NCBI GenBank assembly: GCA_039802605.1
Contig: JBDRWW010000001.1
Location: 256,001-320,000 of the forward strand
DNA length: 64,000 nt
Origin: a candidate division WOR-3 bacterium
Lineage (GTDB): Bacteria; Hydrothermota; Hydrothermia; LBFQ01
Direction of reading: 5' to 3'
Made by a program: the position numbers and the translations under genes
The notes under the pieces: generated by a model
Told to the model about the DNA's origin: nothing
The model's input: the letters and a program-made list of their open reading frames with translations, nothing else
Databases searched by the model: none
Shown: positions 47,647 through 57,331 of the stretch, piece after piece
Layout: each line of letters starts with the position of its first letter
Numbering within the stretch: position 1 is the first letter of the stretch

Positions 47647-47657
47647 ATAAAACGAAT

Positions 47658-48212
47658 ATGGAGGTTTATTCAAGGGAAAAGGTTTGGACATATGAGGATT
47701 ACTTAAAACTTGAAGACGATAAGCGTTATGAGGTTATTAACGGGAGGTTGGTAGAAATGCCCGCGCCGGGTTTTGAACATCAAAAGGTTTTAAATGCCAT
47801 AAACTTGAAGATTTACACTTTCGTGTTGGAAAAGGATTTTGGCGAAATTGTCCCATCACCCTTTGATGTTATATTATCCGAGGATATCGTAGTTCAGCCG
47901 GATATAGTTTTTATATCCAAAGATAACTTGAAAAACATAAGAGAAGGCCGTTTGTTTGGCGCCCCGGACATGATTGTTGAAATAGTATCGCCAGGTAGTT
48001 ATAATAGGGATAGGTATGAAAAATTCAAAATATATGAAGAGTTTGGTGTTAAGGAGTATTGGATAGTTTTACCCGGTGAAAAGGCGGTGGAGGTGTGGGT
48101 TTTGGGTGAGAAGGGAAAATATGAACTTTACTCCTTTGCGGAAAAAGAGGGGAAGGTTAAAAGCAAAGTTTTAGAAGGCTTAGAAATTGATTTAAAGGGG
48201 GTGTTTGGATGA
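47658..48212 (+). CDS. Uma2/DUF820 family PD-(D/E)xK endonuclease, copy 1
   Basis: TYEDY..L...RYEVING, HQ, QPDI, PD..VEIVSP and GVKEYWIV motifs. Confidence 0.92.
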   Translation: MEVYSREKVWTYEDYLKLEDDKRYEVINGRLVEMPAPGFEHQKVLNAINLKIYTFVLEKDFGEIVPSPFDVILSEDIVVQPDIVFISKDNLKNIREGRLFGAPDMIVEIVSPGSYNRDRYEKFKIYEEFGVKEYWIVLPGEKAVEVWVLGEKGKYELYSFAEKEGKVKSKVLEGLEIDLKGVFG

Positions 48213-48763
48213 ATACGGAAGTTAAGGAAAAAGTTTGGACTTATGAGGATTATTTAAAACTTGAAGATGATAAGCGTTATGAGGTTATTAACGGGAGGTT
48301 GGTAGAAATGCCCGCGCCTACTCCTTGGCATCAGGATATTTCAAGGAATTTGTTATTTCTACTTTGGGGATTTGTTAAGGGCAAAGACTTGGGTAAAATA
48401 TACCACTCTCCCATAGATATAGTGTTAAGAGAAGATGTGGTATTACAACCCGATATAGTTTATATTTCAAAGGAAAAACTCGGGATAGTAGGGGAGAAAG
48501 CGGTAAATGGCACGCCGGACTTGGTTGTAGAAATAGTTTCGCCATCAACGGCACGGAGGGATACGGTAGTTAAGAAGGGGATATATGAAAATTTTGGTGT
48601 TAAGGAATATTGGATTGTTTATCCCGATGAAAAGGCGATAGAGGTATGGGTTTTAAATGAAAGCGGAAAATATGAACTTTATTCCTTTGCAGAAAAAGAG
48701 GGGAAGGTTAAAAGTAAAGTTTTGGAAGGCTTAGAGGTTGATTTAAAGGAGGTGTTCGGATGA
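48209..48763 (+). CDS. Uma2/DUF820 family endonuclease, copy 2
   Basis: Same motifs; ATGA overlap with copy 1. Confidence 0.92.
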   Translation: MNTEVKEKVWTYEDYLKLEDDKRYEVINGRLVEMPAPTPWHQDISRNLLFLLWGFVKGKDLGKIYHSPIDIVLREDVVLQPDIVYISKEKLGIVGEKAVNGTPDLVVEIVSPSTARRDTVVKKGIYENFGVKEYWIVYPDEKAIEVWVLNESGKYELYSFAEKEGKVKSKVLEGLEVDLKEVFG

Positions 48764-49311
48764 AGGAAATGGTTAAGGAAAGGATTTGGACTTACGAGGA
48801 TTATTTGAAACTTGAAGACGATAAGCGTTATGAGGTTATTAACGGGAGGTTGGTAGAAATGCCCGCGCCGGGTTTTGAACATCAGAAGATTTCGGGCTTA
48901 ATAGACTTTATATTGCGGAAATTTGTCTATAAAGAGCGCATAGGGGAAGTTTTATATGCCCCCTTTGATGTAATACTTTCGGAAAATATCGTAGTTCAAC
49001 CGGATATAGTTTTCATATCAAACGAAAATCTGAAAAACATAAAAGAAGGGCGTCTTTTCGGTCCTCCGGACTTGGTTGTGGAAATAGTATCTCCGGGCAG
49101 TTATAAGAGGGATAGATTTGAAAAGTTCAAGATATACGAGGAATTTGGGGTTAAAGAGTATTGGATAGTTTTACCGGGCGAAAAGGTAATAGAGGTTTGG
49201 TGTTTGAAGGAAGGTAAGTATGTTTTACACTCCATAGCCGTTGAAAAGGGGGAGGTTGAAAGCTGCCTTTTAAAGGGTTTAAAGGTAAAAGTTGAGGAGG
49301 TGTTTAAATGA
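48760..49311 (+). CDS. Uma2/DUF820 family endonuclease, copy 3
   Basis: Same motifs; ATGA overlap; distinct C-terminus. Confidence 0.92.
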   Translation: MKEMVKERIWTYEDYLKLEDDKRYEVINGRLVEMPAPGFEHQKISGLIDFILRKFVYKERIGEVLYAPFDVILSENIVVQPDIVFISNENLKNIKEGRLFGPPDLVVEIVSPGSYKRDRFEKFKIYEEFGVKEYWIVLPGEKVIEVWCLKEGKYVLHSIAVEKGEVESCLLKGLKVKVEEVFK

Positions 49312-49859
49312 AAGTGGATGTTAAGGAAAAAGTTTGGACTTACGAGGATTATTTGAAACTTGAAGATGATAAGCGTTATGAGGTTATTAACGGGAGGTTG
49401 GTAGAAATGCCCGCGCCGGGTTTTGAACATCAGGATATTCTTACCGAGCTGATTTTAAAATTTAAAGTTTTTACTAAGGAGAATACTTTGGGAAAGGTTA
49501 TTCCCTCCCCATTTGATGTAATACTCTCGGAAAGTGTTGTCGTTCAACCCGACATAGTTTATATATCAAAAGAAAACCTGAAAAACATAAAAGAGGGTCG
49601 CTTATTCGGGGCTCCGGACTTGGTTGTAGAAATAGTTTCGCCATCAACAACGAGGAGGGATACGGTTGTCAAGAAGGGGATATATGAAAATTTTGGTGTT
49701 AAGGAATATTGGATTGTTTATCCCGATGAAAAGGCAATAGAGGTGTGGGTTTTGGGTGAGAAGGGAAAGGAGGGTTATGAACTTTATTCCTTTGCCGAGA
49801 AAAAAGTTAAAAGCAAGGTTTTAGGAGGCTTAGAGGTTGATTTAAAGGAAGTGTTTTAA
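49308..49859 (+). CDS. Uma2/DUF820 family endonuclease, copy 4
   Basis: Same motifs; ATGA overlap; mosaic of the other copies. Confidence 0.92.
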   Translation: MKVDVKEKVWTYEDYLKLEDDKRYEVINGRLVEMPAPGFEHQDILTELILKFKVFTKENTLGKVIPSPFDVILSESVVVQPDIVYISKENLKNIKEGRLFGAPDLVVEIVSPSTTRRDTVVKKGIYENFGVKEYWIVYPDEKAIEVWVLGEKGKEGYELYSFAEKKVKSKVLGGLEVDLKEVF

Positions 49860-49893
49860 TATCAAAATCCCTTCAACCTTATAATTTTCACCC

Positions 49894-52437
49894 GTGAAAT
49901 CAAAGGAAATTAGGAAAGTTTTTTTGGAGTTTTTTAAAGAAAGGGGGCATACCATTGTTCAATCTTCCCCACTATTACCGCCAGACCCCACGCTCTTATT
50001 TACAAATGCTGGGATGAACCAGTTTAAACCCTATTTTCTCGGGGAGATGGAACCCCCTTTCAAAAGGGCGGCATCCGTACAAAAATGTTTAAGGGCGGGT
50101 GGGAAACATAACGACTTGGATAATGTGGGATTTACGAGAAGGCACCACACATTTTTTGAAATGCTCGGTAATTTTAGTTTTGGGGATTACTTTAAAAAGG
50201 AGGCCATTGTTTGGGCTTGGGAACTTTTAACGGGAGTTTTCAAAATACCCAAGGATAGATTGTGGATAACCGTGTACGAGGAGGATGAGGAGGCTTATAG
50301 CATTTGGAAGGATGAGGTTGGAGTAAGCCCCGATAGAATTATAAAAATGGGCGCCAAGGATAACTTTTGGGAAATGGGCGATGTCGGTCCATGCGGTCCA
50401 TCTTCCGAAATAATTTACGATTTGGGAGAAGAATCCGACCCAAATCAAAAAACCCCAAAGGATGAAGGTGAGAGGTTCTTGGAGTTGTGGAATCTCGTTT
50501 TTATGCAGTTTAACCGCAAAGCGGATGGTAGTTTGGAACCCCTACCCAAAAAGAACATAGATACCGGCATGGGTTTGGAGAGAATAGCATCGGTTTTGCA
50601 GGGTACATACTCCAACTACGAAACGGATCTGTTTATGCCGATAATAAACTTTATAGAGGATATAACTGGGGTTAAATACACATATGAAACCGGAGCCCCC
50701 CATAGGGTTATAGCAGACCATACAAGGGCATTGGTTTTTGCAATATCTGACGGTATATACCCTTCAAATTTTGGCAGGGGTTATGTTTTGAGGAGGATTT
50801 TGAGGAGGGCTTACAGGTTTGCCCAAAAGTTAAATGTGGCGGAGCCAATAATTTATAAGGTGGCGGATGTCGTAGCGGATATTATGGGGGATGTATATCC
50901 CGAGGTAAGGGAAAACATTAAAACGATCAAGGAGATTATTAAAAACGAAGAGGAAAGGTTTTTGAATACACTCGGCAGGGCTATTCCGGTTTTAATTGAA
51001 AGCCTTGAAAACGCAAAAGAAGGGGGTATATTGGACGGTAAGACGGCTTTCACCCTATATGACACATATGGTATACCCCAGGACATGATAGACGACTGGG
51101 CAACAACTTATAAAATAAAAATTGACTGGCAGGGATTTTGGGAGGAGATGGAAGATGCAAAGGAAAGGTCAAGGGAGAGCGCAAAGTTTAAGCTCTTAGT
51201 GCCCGAGTGGTTAAAAGTTTCCGAGGATTACACGGGTTCAAAGTTTGTTGGGTATGATAATTTGCGATGGAAATCGCGAGTTGCAAAAATAGGTAAAATA
51301 AACAATCTGGATGCATTGGTATGTTTTGAAACACCTTTTTACCCAGAAGGTGGAGGGCAGGTAGGTGATGTGGGGATTATTAAGGGCAAGACTTGGGAAT
51401 TTAAAGTTGAGGATACGAAAAGGATAGGAATGGATATCATACATTACGGGAAATTAAAGGGAAGCGTAGATATCGGGGATGAATGTGATCTGTTGGTTTC
51501 CGAAAAGGAAAGAAATGCGGCAAGAAGGGCGCACACTTCAACACACCTCCTTCACGCATCTTTAAGGGCCATTTTGGGTCATCATGTAAGGCAGCAGGGT
51601 TCTTTGGTTGAAAGGGAGAGGTTGAGGTTTGACTTTTCCCACCCAAAACCCCTATCCGATGAGGAAATAAATGAAATTGAAAACCTGGTAAACGAGAAGA
51701 TAAGGGAAAATATTCCGGTTTCACAGGAGTACAAACCTTATAGGGAGGCGGTAAGAGAAGGGGCCATTGCCATTTTTGAGGAAAAATATGGCGAAATAGT
51801 TAGGGTTATAACCATTGGGGATTTCTCAAAAGAACTATGCGGGGGAACACATGTCGATAGAACCGGGGACATTGGGGTTTTCATTATAACAAAAGAGGAA
51901 AGCGTATCAGCCGGGACCAGGAGAATAGAGGCATTGGTTGGTGAGAGGGCTTTAAAGTATATCCAAGAGCATAGGGATATATTAAAGGCTTCGGCCGGAT
52001 TACTCAACACCGGTATCAAGGATTTGCCGAAGGTGATTAACAAACGCTTGGAGGAGTATAGGCAACTTGAAGGGGAACTCAATTCAATTTACGATAAACT
52101 TGCGGAAATATACGCCGAAAGGGTTAAGGTTATGGATAAGGGGGAATTTAAGGTTATATATGGAATTGCGCCACTACCAAAGGATGCCCTTAGAAGGGTT
52201 GGGGATAAGGTATCGGAGCCCTTGGGAATAACCGTTCTCGTGTCGGAACATCCAAAGGATAGGGGTTTTATACATATCAGAATAGGGAACGGATTAAACG
52301 GGAAGGTATCGGCAAAGGAGATAATTTCAAAGATAACAAAGGAGTTAGGAGGGGGAGGGGGTGGAAGCGATGTTAAAGCCGAGGGGAAAATAAAGGATGT
52401 TAAAGGGCTTGAAAAGGTTTTGAAGGGTGTGATATGA
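49894..52437 (+). CDS. alaS: Alanine--tRNA ligase
   Basis: LLFTNAGM, HHTFFEMLGNFSFGDYFK, DTGMGLER, HTSTHLL and ELCGGTH motifs. Confidence 0.98.
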   Translation: MKSKEIRKVFLEFFKERGHTIVQSSPLLPPDPTLLFTNAGMNQFKPYFLGEMEPPFKRAASVQKCLRAGGKHNDLDNVGFTRRHHTFFEMLGNFSFGDYFKKEAIVWAWELLTGVFKIPKDRLWITVYEEDEEAYSIWKDEVGVSPDRIIKMGAKDNFWEMGDVGPCGPSSEIIYDLGEESDPNQKTPKDEGERFLELWNLVFMQFNRKADGSLEPLPKKNIDTGMGLERIASVLQGTYSNYETDLFMPIINFIEDITGVKYTYETGAPHRVIADHTRALVFAISDGIYPSNFGRGYVLRRILRRAYRFAQKLNVAEPIIYKVADVVADIMGDVYPEVRENIKTIKEIIKNEEERFLNTLGRAIPVLIESLENAKEGGILDGKTAFTLYDTYGIPQDMIDDWATTYKIKIDWQGFWEEMEDAKERSRESAKFKLLVPEWLKVSEDYTGSKFVGYDNLRWKSRVAKIGKINNLDALVCFETPFYPEGGGQVGDVGIIKGKTWEFKVEDTKRIGMDIIHYGKLKGSVDIGDECDLLVSEKERNAARRAHTSTHLLHASLRAILGHHVRQQGSLVERERLRFDFSHPKPLSDEEINEIENLVNEKIRENIPVSQEYKPYREAVREGAIAIFEEKYGEIVRVITIGDFSKELCGGTHVDRTGDIGVFIITKEESVSAGTRRIEALVGERALKYIQEHRDILKASAGLLNTGIKDLPKVINKRLEEYRQLEGELNSIYDKLAEIYAERVKVMDKGEFKVIYGIAPLPKDALRRVGDKVSEPLGITVLVSEHPKDRGFIHIRIGNGLNGKVSAKEIISKITKELGGGGGGSDVKAEGKIKDVKGLEKVLKGVI

Positions 52438-53129
52438 TAGTTTACGGTAGGCGTGTAATATACGAAATGTTGAGAAGCGGATTTAAACCAAAGGTTATAT
52501 ACCTACAAAAGGGGGCAAAGTTTGAGGATAAGCTTTTGGAAATGATAGCGGGTTTAAACGCCGTTATGGTTTCACAAAAGGAGATAAATTCCCTAACTTC
52601 AACAAGGGATCACCAAGGTATTGCGGCGGATATAGGGGAGTTCATAACATATGATAGAAAGGAGATAATAAACGAATCTATAAGGAGAAACAAACCCGTC
52701 CTCGTATTAGACCACTTACAGGATGTTAGAAATGTTGGGGCATTGATAAGGAGTGCGGAGGCATTTGGGTTTGTCGGTGTAGTAATATCATCCCATAAGG
52801 CCGCTCCCATTACCCCAACCGTTGTGAAAACCTCCGCAGGTGCGATATTTCATATAAAGGTTAGCATATACAACACTTCAAGGTTTATAAGGGAGTATAA
52901 AAGGGCTGGTGGGTGGAGTATTGCTTTGGATTTGGATGGTATGGATATAAAAAAGGTTAAAAAGGTAAAACCCTTTGCCCTTGTAGTGGGTAGTGAGGGG
53001 GAGGGGGTTTCGGAAATTATAAAAAAACAGGCGGATATAGTGGTGAAAATCCCCATGGTTGGAAATATAGAATCCCTTAACGCATCCGTGGCCGGAGGTA
53101 TAGCAATGTTTTTTCTAAGCATGCTATGA
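52434..53129 (+). CDS. rlmB: 23S rRNA Gm2251 methyltransferase (SpoU/TrmH family)
   Basis: [31 protein letters not shown] and IPM.G.IESLNAS motifs. Confidence 0.88.
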   Translation: MIVYGRRVIYEMLRSGFKPKVIYLQKGAKFEDKLLEMIAGLNAVMVSQKEINSLTSTRDHQGIAADIGEFITYDRKEIINESIRRNKPVLVLDHLQDVRNVGALIRSAEAFGFVGVVISSHKAAPITPTVVKTSAGAIFHIKVSIYNTSRFIREYKRAGGWSIALDLDGMDIKKVKKVKPFALVVGSEGEGVSEIIKKQADIVVKIPMVGNIESLNASVAGGIAMFFLSML

Positions 53130-54178
53130 AGGACAGATATTTGGAAATCTTGCAAAGGTTTAAAGAGTTAGAGAAAAAACTCACGCAAACCACGGATTTT
53201 TCAAGTCCGGAATTTTCTAAGGTTTTGGAGGAGTATAGAAATTTGAAGGGTGTGGCGGAATTAATAGAAAAGTTAAAGAAAACCGAGGAAGATATATCGG
53301 CATTAGAAGAAATACTCCAAGAAACTCCCGATACGGATTTTCAAATGGAACTTGAAAGGTTGAAAAAAATGGCTAAGGAATTGGATGAGGAGATTACCCT
53401 AAAACTTATACCCAGGGACCCAAGGGATGTAGGAAACGCAATACTTGAAATAAGGGCAGGTGTGGGAGGGGAAGAGGCGGCATTATTCGCAAGGGATTTG
53501 GCGAGGATGTATATAAGGTTTGCCGAAAGAAAGGGTTGGAAGGTGTCAATAACGGATTACACCGAAAGCGAGCTAGGGGGTTATAAGGAATTGGTTTTGC
53601 TTGTAGAAGGTAAAGGTGCTTATGGTTTGTTAAAGTTTGAGGGAGGTGTTCATAGGGTTCAAAGGGTTCCAATTACGGAATCATCCGGAAGGATACATAC
53701 ATCTGCGGCATCAGTGGCGGTTTTGCCGGAATTTGAGGATATAAAAATAGAAATAAAACCGGAGGATTTGAAAATAGAGACTTTTAGGGCTGGTGGCGCC
53801 GGCGGGCAGTATGTCAATAAGACCGAATCGGCCGTCAGGATTACCCACATACCCACCGGCATAGTTGTAAGTTGTCAGGATGAAAGGTCACAACACCAAA
53901 ACAGGGAAAAAGCTATGAGGATATTAATGGCGAGGTTAAAGGAGTATTTTGAAAGGCAGCAGGATGAAAGTATCCAGAATTTAAGAAAGATTTATATCGG
54001 GACGGGTGATAGGAGTGAAAAGATAAGAACCTACAATTTCCCACAAAACAGGGTTACGGATCATAGGATAAACTTAACCGTTTATAACCTCGAAGCTGTA
54101 TTGGATGGGGAACTTGATGAAATTATAAATGCACTCGTTGATGCCGATTTAAAGGAGAGATTAAAAAGGATTGGGTAA
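53126..54178 (+). CDS. prfA: Peptide chain release factor 1
   Basis: PxT (PIT) and GGQ motifs; [18 protein letters not shown]. Confidence 0.96.
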   Translation: MKDRYLEILQRFKELEKKLTQTTDFSSPEFSKVLEEYRNLKGVAELIEKLKKTEEDISALEEILQETPDTDFQMELERLKKMAKELDEEITLKLIPRDPRDVGNAILEIRAGVGGEEAALFARDLARMYIRFAERKGWKVSITDYTESELGGYKELVLLVEGKGAYGLLKFEGGVHRVQRVPITESSGRIHTSAASVAVLPEFEDIKIEIKPEDLKIETFRAGGAGGQYVNKTESAVRITHIPTGIVVSCQDERSQHQNREKAMRILMARLKEYFERQQDESIQNLRKIYIGTGDRSEKIRTYNFPQNRVTDHRINLTVYNLEAVLDGELDEIINALVDADLKERLKRIG

Positions 54179-54221
54179 ACGGTTTATTCACAAATTATTT
54201 GACCGTATAATACACGCTCCT

Positions 54222-57032
54222 ATGACGGATAAGATAATAGTTAAAGGGGCGAGGCAACACAACCTAAAAAATATAACCGTAGAAATACCAAAAAACAAAC
54301 TTGTGGTTATAACGGGGGTTTCCGGTTCCGGTAAATCTTCCTTAGCCTTTGATGTTATATACGCCGAGGCGCAGCGTAGATATGTTGAGAGTTTGTCCCC
54401 TTACGCGAGGCAATTTTTGGGGATAATGGAAAAACCCGATGTGGATGAGATCATAGGTCTATCTCCGGGTATAGCAATAGAGCAGAGGAAAATAATGAGA
54501 AATCCGAGGTCAACCGTGGCCACTTCAACGGAGATATACGATTATTTAAGACTCCTGTTTGCGAGGGCAGGGACACCTTACTGCCCAAACGATGATTATC
54601 CTTTACAAAAGTGGAGTGTTGACGAGATTGTTGAGGAGATATTTAAGAGGTATCCTTTAAGGAGAATACAGATATTGGCGCCCGTTGTTAGGGGTAGGAA
54701 AGGGGAATATAGGGAACTTTTTAACAAACTCGCCAAAAAGGGCTTTGTTAGGGTTATGATTGATGGGATTATGTACGAAATAAATGAAGTTCCAAACCTT
54801 GACAAGAACAAAAAACACGATATAGATGTGGTCGTTGATAGAACCATAGTAAAAGAAGAGGAGAGGAGTAGGATACACCAGTCAATAAGCACGGCGCTAA
54901 AAGAGGCGGAAGGCGTCGTAAAAATCATTACCGATAGGGATGAAGAAGACGCTTTTAGCGAAAACCTTGCGTGTCCAAAGTGTGGGTTTTCTATGCCCGA
55001 GTTGGAACCCAGGTTGTTTTCCTTTAACTCCCCCTATGGTGCTTGCCCAACATGTACGGGCTTGGGTGTAAAAATAGATTTTGACCCGGCAAAACTCGTT
55101 TCAAATCCGGATTTGAGCATATTAGAAGGGGCAATAAAACCCCTTTCGGAACCGCATCCCATAACTGCAAGGGTTCTTGAAAGGATAGCGAGGAAATACG
55201 GGGCGAGCATTGAAGAACCTTGGAGGCTTTTGCCGGAGGAGTTTAAAAATGTGGTAATGTGGGGGGATGAAACCCCGCCGGAATTTCTTGACGACGAAAA
55301 CTTTAAGCCGAAGTATAAGGAATGGGAGGGGATAATCCCGCAGCTTTGGAGGAGGTATAAAACCACGGATTCCGAATGGGTTAGGTCGGATATAGAAAGG
55401 TATATGGTATATACCACATGCCCAACCTGCGGCGGGTCAAGGCTTAAAAAGGAGGCCCTTTATGTAAAAATAGACGGAAAATCCATATGGGATATAGTGC
55501 AAATGGATGTGAAATCCGCCCTTGAATATTTTGAAAACCTAAAACTTGAAGGTACAAAGGGAATAGTAGCGGAGAGAATAGTGGAGGAAGTAAAGAAAAG
55601 GTTGAGGTTTTTGGACAATGTGGGTTTGGGTTATTTAACCCTTGATAGGAGGTCGGATACATTATCCGGCGGTGAGGAACAGAGGGTTAGATTGGCTACA
55701 CAAATAGGCTCGGGTTTATCGGGAGTGGTATATGTTTTGGATGAGCCGTCAATAGGTTTGCATCCAAGGGATGTCTCGAAACTTATAAATACCCTTAGGG
55801 AATTGAGGGATTTGGGTAATACTGTTATAGTGGTGGAGCACGACGAGGAAACGATCAGGAGCGCCGATTGGATAATAGATCTTGGACCTTATGCGGGCGT
55901 TTATGGCGGTGAGGTTGTAGCCCAAGGGACGGTTGAAGATATAATTTCAAACGATAAGTCTTTAACCGGGGCATACCTATCCCGTAAAAAGGAAATACCC
56001 GTTCCAAAGGCGAGGAGAAAACCTAAGGGCGAATATTTAAGGATTGTCGGGGCAAGGGCAAACAACCTAAAAAACATAACGGTGAATATACCTTTGGGTT
56101 TGTTTGTGGTGGTAACCGGTGTTTCCGGTTCTGGAAAATCAACCCTAGTTTTTGACATACTATACAAGGCTTTGGCGAAAAAACTATATAACGCAAAGGA
56201 AGACCCAGCCGAACACGATGCCATATACGGCTTAGAGTATATAGACAGGGTTATAGACGTTGATCAGTCCCCCATAGGGAGAACTCCGAGGAGCAACCCC
56301 GCCACATATACCGGAGTATTTACATACATCAGGGATTTCTATGCAAAACTCCCAGAGGCTAAGGCAAGGGGTTTTAAGGCCTCACATTTTTCCTTTAATA
56401 TGAAAGGCGGGAGGTGTGAGGCTTGCGAGGGTGAAGGTTATATAAGGATAGAAATGCACTTTTTACCCGATGTGTATGTCCCCTGTGAGGTATGCAAAGG
56501 TACGAGATATAACTCCGAAGTTCTTGAAGTAAAGTATAAGGGTAAATCCATAGCAGATGTTTTGGATATGACGGTTGATGAGGCCTTTGAATTCTTTGAG
56601 GATGTACCCAATATAAGGAGAAAACTACAACTTATGGTCGATGTGGGTTTGGGTTATATCAAATTGGGGCAACCATCAACGACGCTTTCCGGAGGTGAGG
56701 CCCAAAGGATTAAGTTGGCAAAGGAGCTCTCAAAAATGGCTACCGGTAGAACCCTGTACATACTTGACGAGCCCACAACGGGATTACACTTCGACGATGT
56801 GAAGAAGCTCATAAATGTACTACACAGGTTTGTTGATAACGGGAATACCGTCCTCGTAATAGAGCACAACCTTGATGTTATAAAGAATGCGGATTGGGTG
56901 ATAGACCTGGGTCCGGAAGGTGGAGATGAAGGCGGTTATGTGGTGGCCGAGGGAACACCGGAAGATATAGCAAAGGCTGAGAACTCCTATACTGGTATGT
57001 ATTTGAGGGAAGTTTTGGGCGTATGGGTATAA
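54222..57032 (+). CDS. uvrA: Excinuclease ABC subunit A
   Basis: GARQHNLK, two GVSGSGKS Walker A, LSGGE signatures, zinc fingers; start ATG 54222 (TATAAT at 54206-54211). Confidence 0.98.
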   Translation: MTDKIIVKGARQHNLKNITVEIPKNKLVVITGVSGSGKSSLAFDVIYAEAQRRYVESLSPYARQFLGIMEKPDVDEIIGLSPGIAIEQRKIMRNPRSTVATSTEIYDYLRLLFARAGTPYCPNDDYPLQKWSVDEIVEEIFKRYPLRRIQILAPVVRGRKGEYRELFNKLAKKGFVRVMIDGIMYEINEVPNLDKNKKHDIDVVVDRTIVKEEERSRIHQSISTALKEAEGVVKIITDRDEEDAFSENLACPKCGFSMPELEPRLFSFNSPYGACPTCTGLGVKIDFDPAKLVSNPDLSILEGAIKPLSEPHPITARVLERIARKYGASIEEPWRLLPEEFKNVVMWGDETPPEFLDDENFKPKYKEWEGIIPQLWRRYKTTDSEWVRSDIERYMVYTTCPTCGGSRLKKEALYVKIDGKSIWDIVQMDVKSALEYFENLKLEGTKGIVAERIVEEVKKRLRFLDNVGLGYLTLDRRSDTLSGGEEQRVRLATQIGSGLSGVVYVLDEPSIGLHPRDVSKLINTLRELRDLGNTVIVVEHDEETIRSADWIIDLGPYAGVYGGEVVAQGTVEDIISNDKSLTGAYLSRKKEIPVPKARRKPKGEYLRIVGARANNLKNITVNIPLGLFVVVTGVSGSGKSTLVFDILYKALAKKLYNAKEDPAEHDAIYGLEYIDRVIDVDQSPIGRTPRSNPATYTGVFTYIRDFYAKLPEAKARGFKASHFSFNMKGGRCEACEGEGYIRIEMHFLPDVYVPCEVCKGTRYNSEVLEVKYKGKSIADVLDMTVDEAFEFFEDVPNIRRKLQLMVDVGLGYIKLGQPSTTLSGGEAQRIKLAKELSKMATGRTLYILDEPTTGLHFDDVKKLINVLHRFVDNGNTVLVIEHNLDVIKNADWVIDLGPEGGDEGGYVVAEGTPEDIAKAENSYTGMYLREVLGVWV

Positions 57033-57061
57033 AGACAATTTAACACCCTTAAAATGTAGAG

Positions 57062-57331
57062 TTGTATAAGGATAGACTTGACGAGTTGGCTTACAAAATT
57101 TACAAAATGGGTTTGGGTACTGTTGCCATTTTTTTCTTAGAGAGCATGAAACCCTTAAACAATGTTGTGTTCAACGCGGGCTTGTTTTCAAAGCCCTTTG
57201 CGGAAGTGTTCCTAAAAGAGGAAATATACAAAGAGATTTTGGGAATCATTAAGGACAAGGACGCATTGGAATATCTGATTAACAGATTGGAGGAATTGGA
57301 AGATGGTATGGTTGGTAATGGGGCAAATTGA
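57062..57331 (+). CDS. Small hypothetical protein
   Basis: 89 aa; TAAAAT box 6 nt before TTG; leads an operon. Confidence 0.7.
   Translation: MYKDRLDELAYKIYKMGLGTVAIFFLESMKPLNNVVFNAGLFSKPFAEVFLKEEIYKEILGIIKDKDALEYLINRLEELEDGMVGNGAN

Larger units (their letters stand above)
47718..49417 (+). repeat. Four identical 50-bp blocks (47718-47767, 48269-48318, 48820-48869, 49368-49417), period 551/551/548 bp
   Basis: GATAAGCGTTATGAGGTTATTAACGGGAGGTTGGTAGAAATGCCCGCGCC in all four genes. Confidence 0.92.

Noticed and set aside
47658..49859. Diversity-generating retroelement or CRISPR-like explanation for the Uma2 repeats
   Set aside because: No reverse transcriptase or cas gene in the window, differences are not confined to adenines, and the repeats are in-frame parts of intact genes at about 550-bp spacing.
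54179..54221. SOS/LexA box upstream of uvrA
   Set aside because: No palindrome matching a LexA box I recognise; only the -10 box is evident.
54171..54221. Longer track starts for uvrA (54171), nuoL (39882), roadblock (1584), GWxTD (30963), holA (59872) and the 59204 ORF
   Set aside because: The extensions run through the promoter box or the previous gene; downstream ATGs fit family N-termini, promoter spacing or ATGA coupling better.
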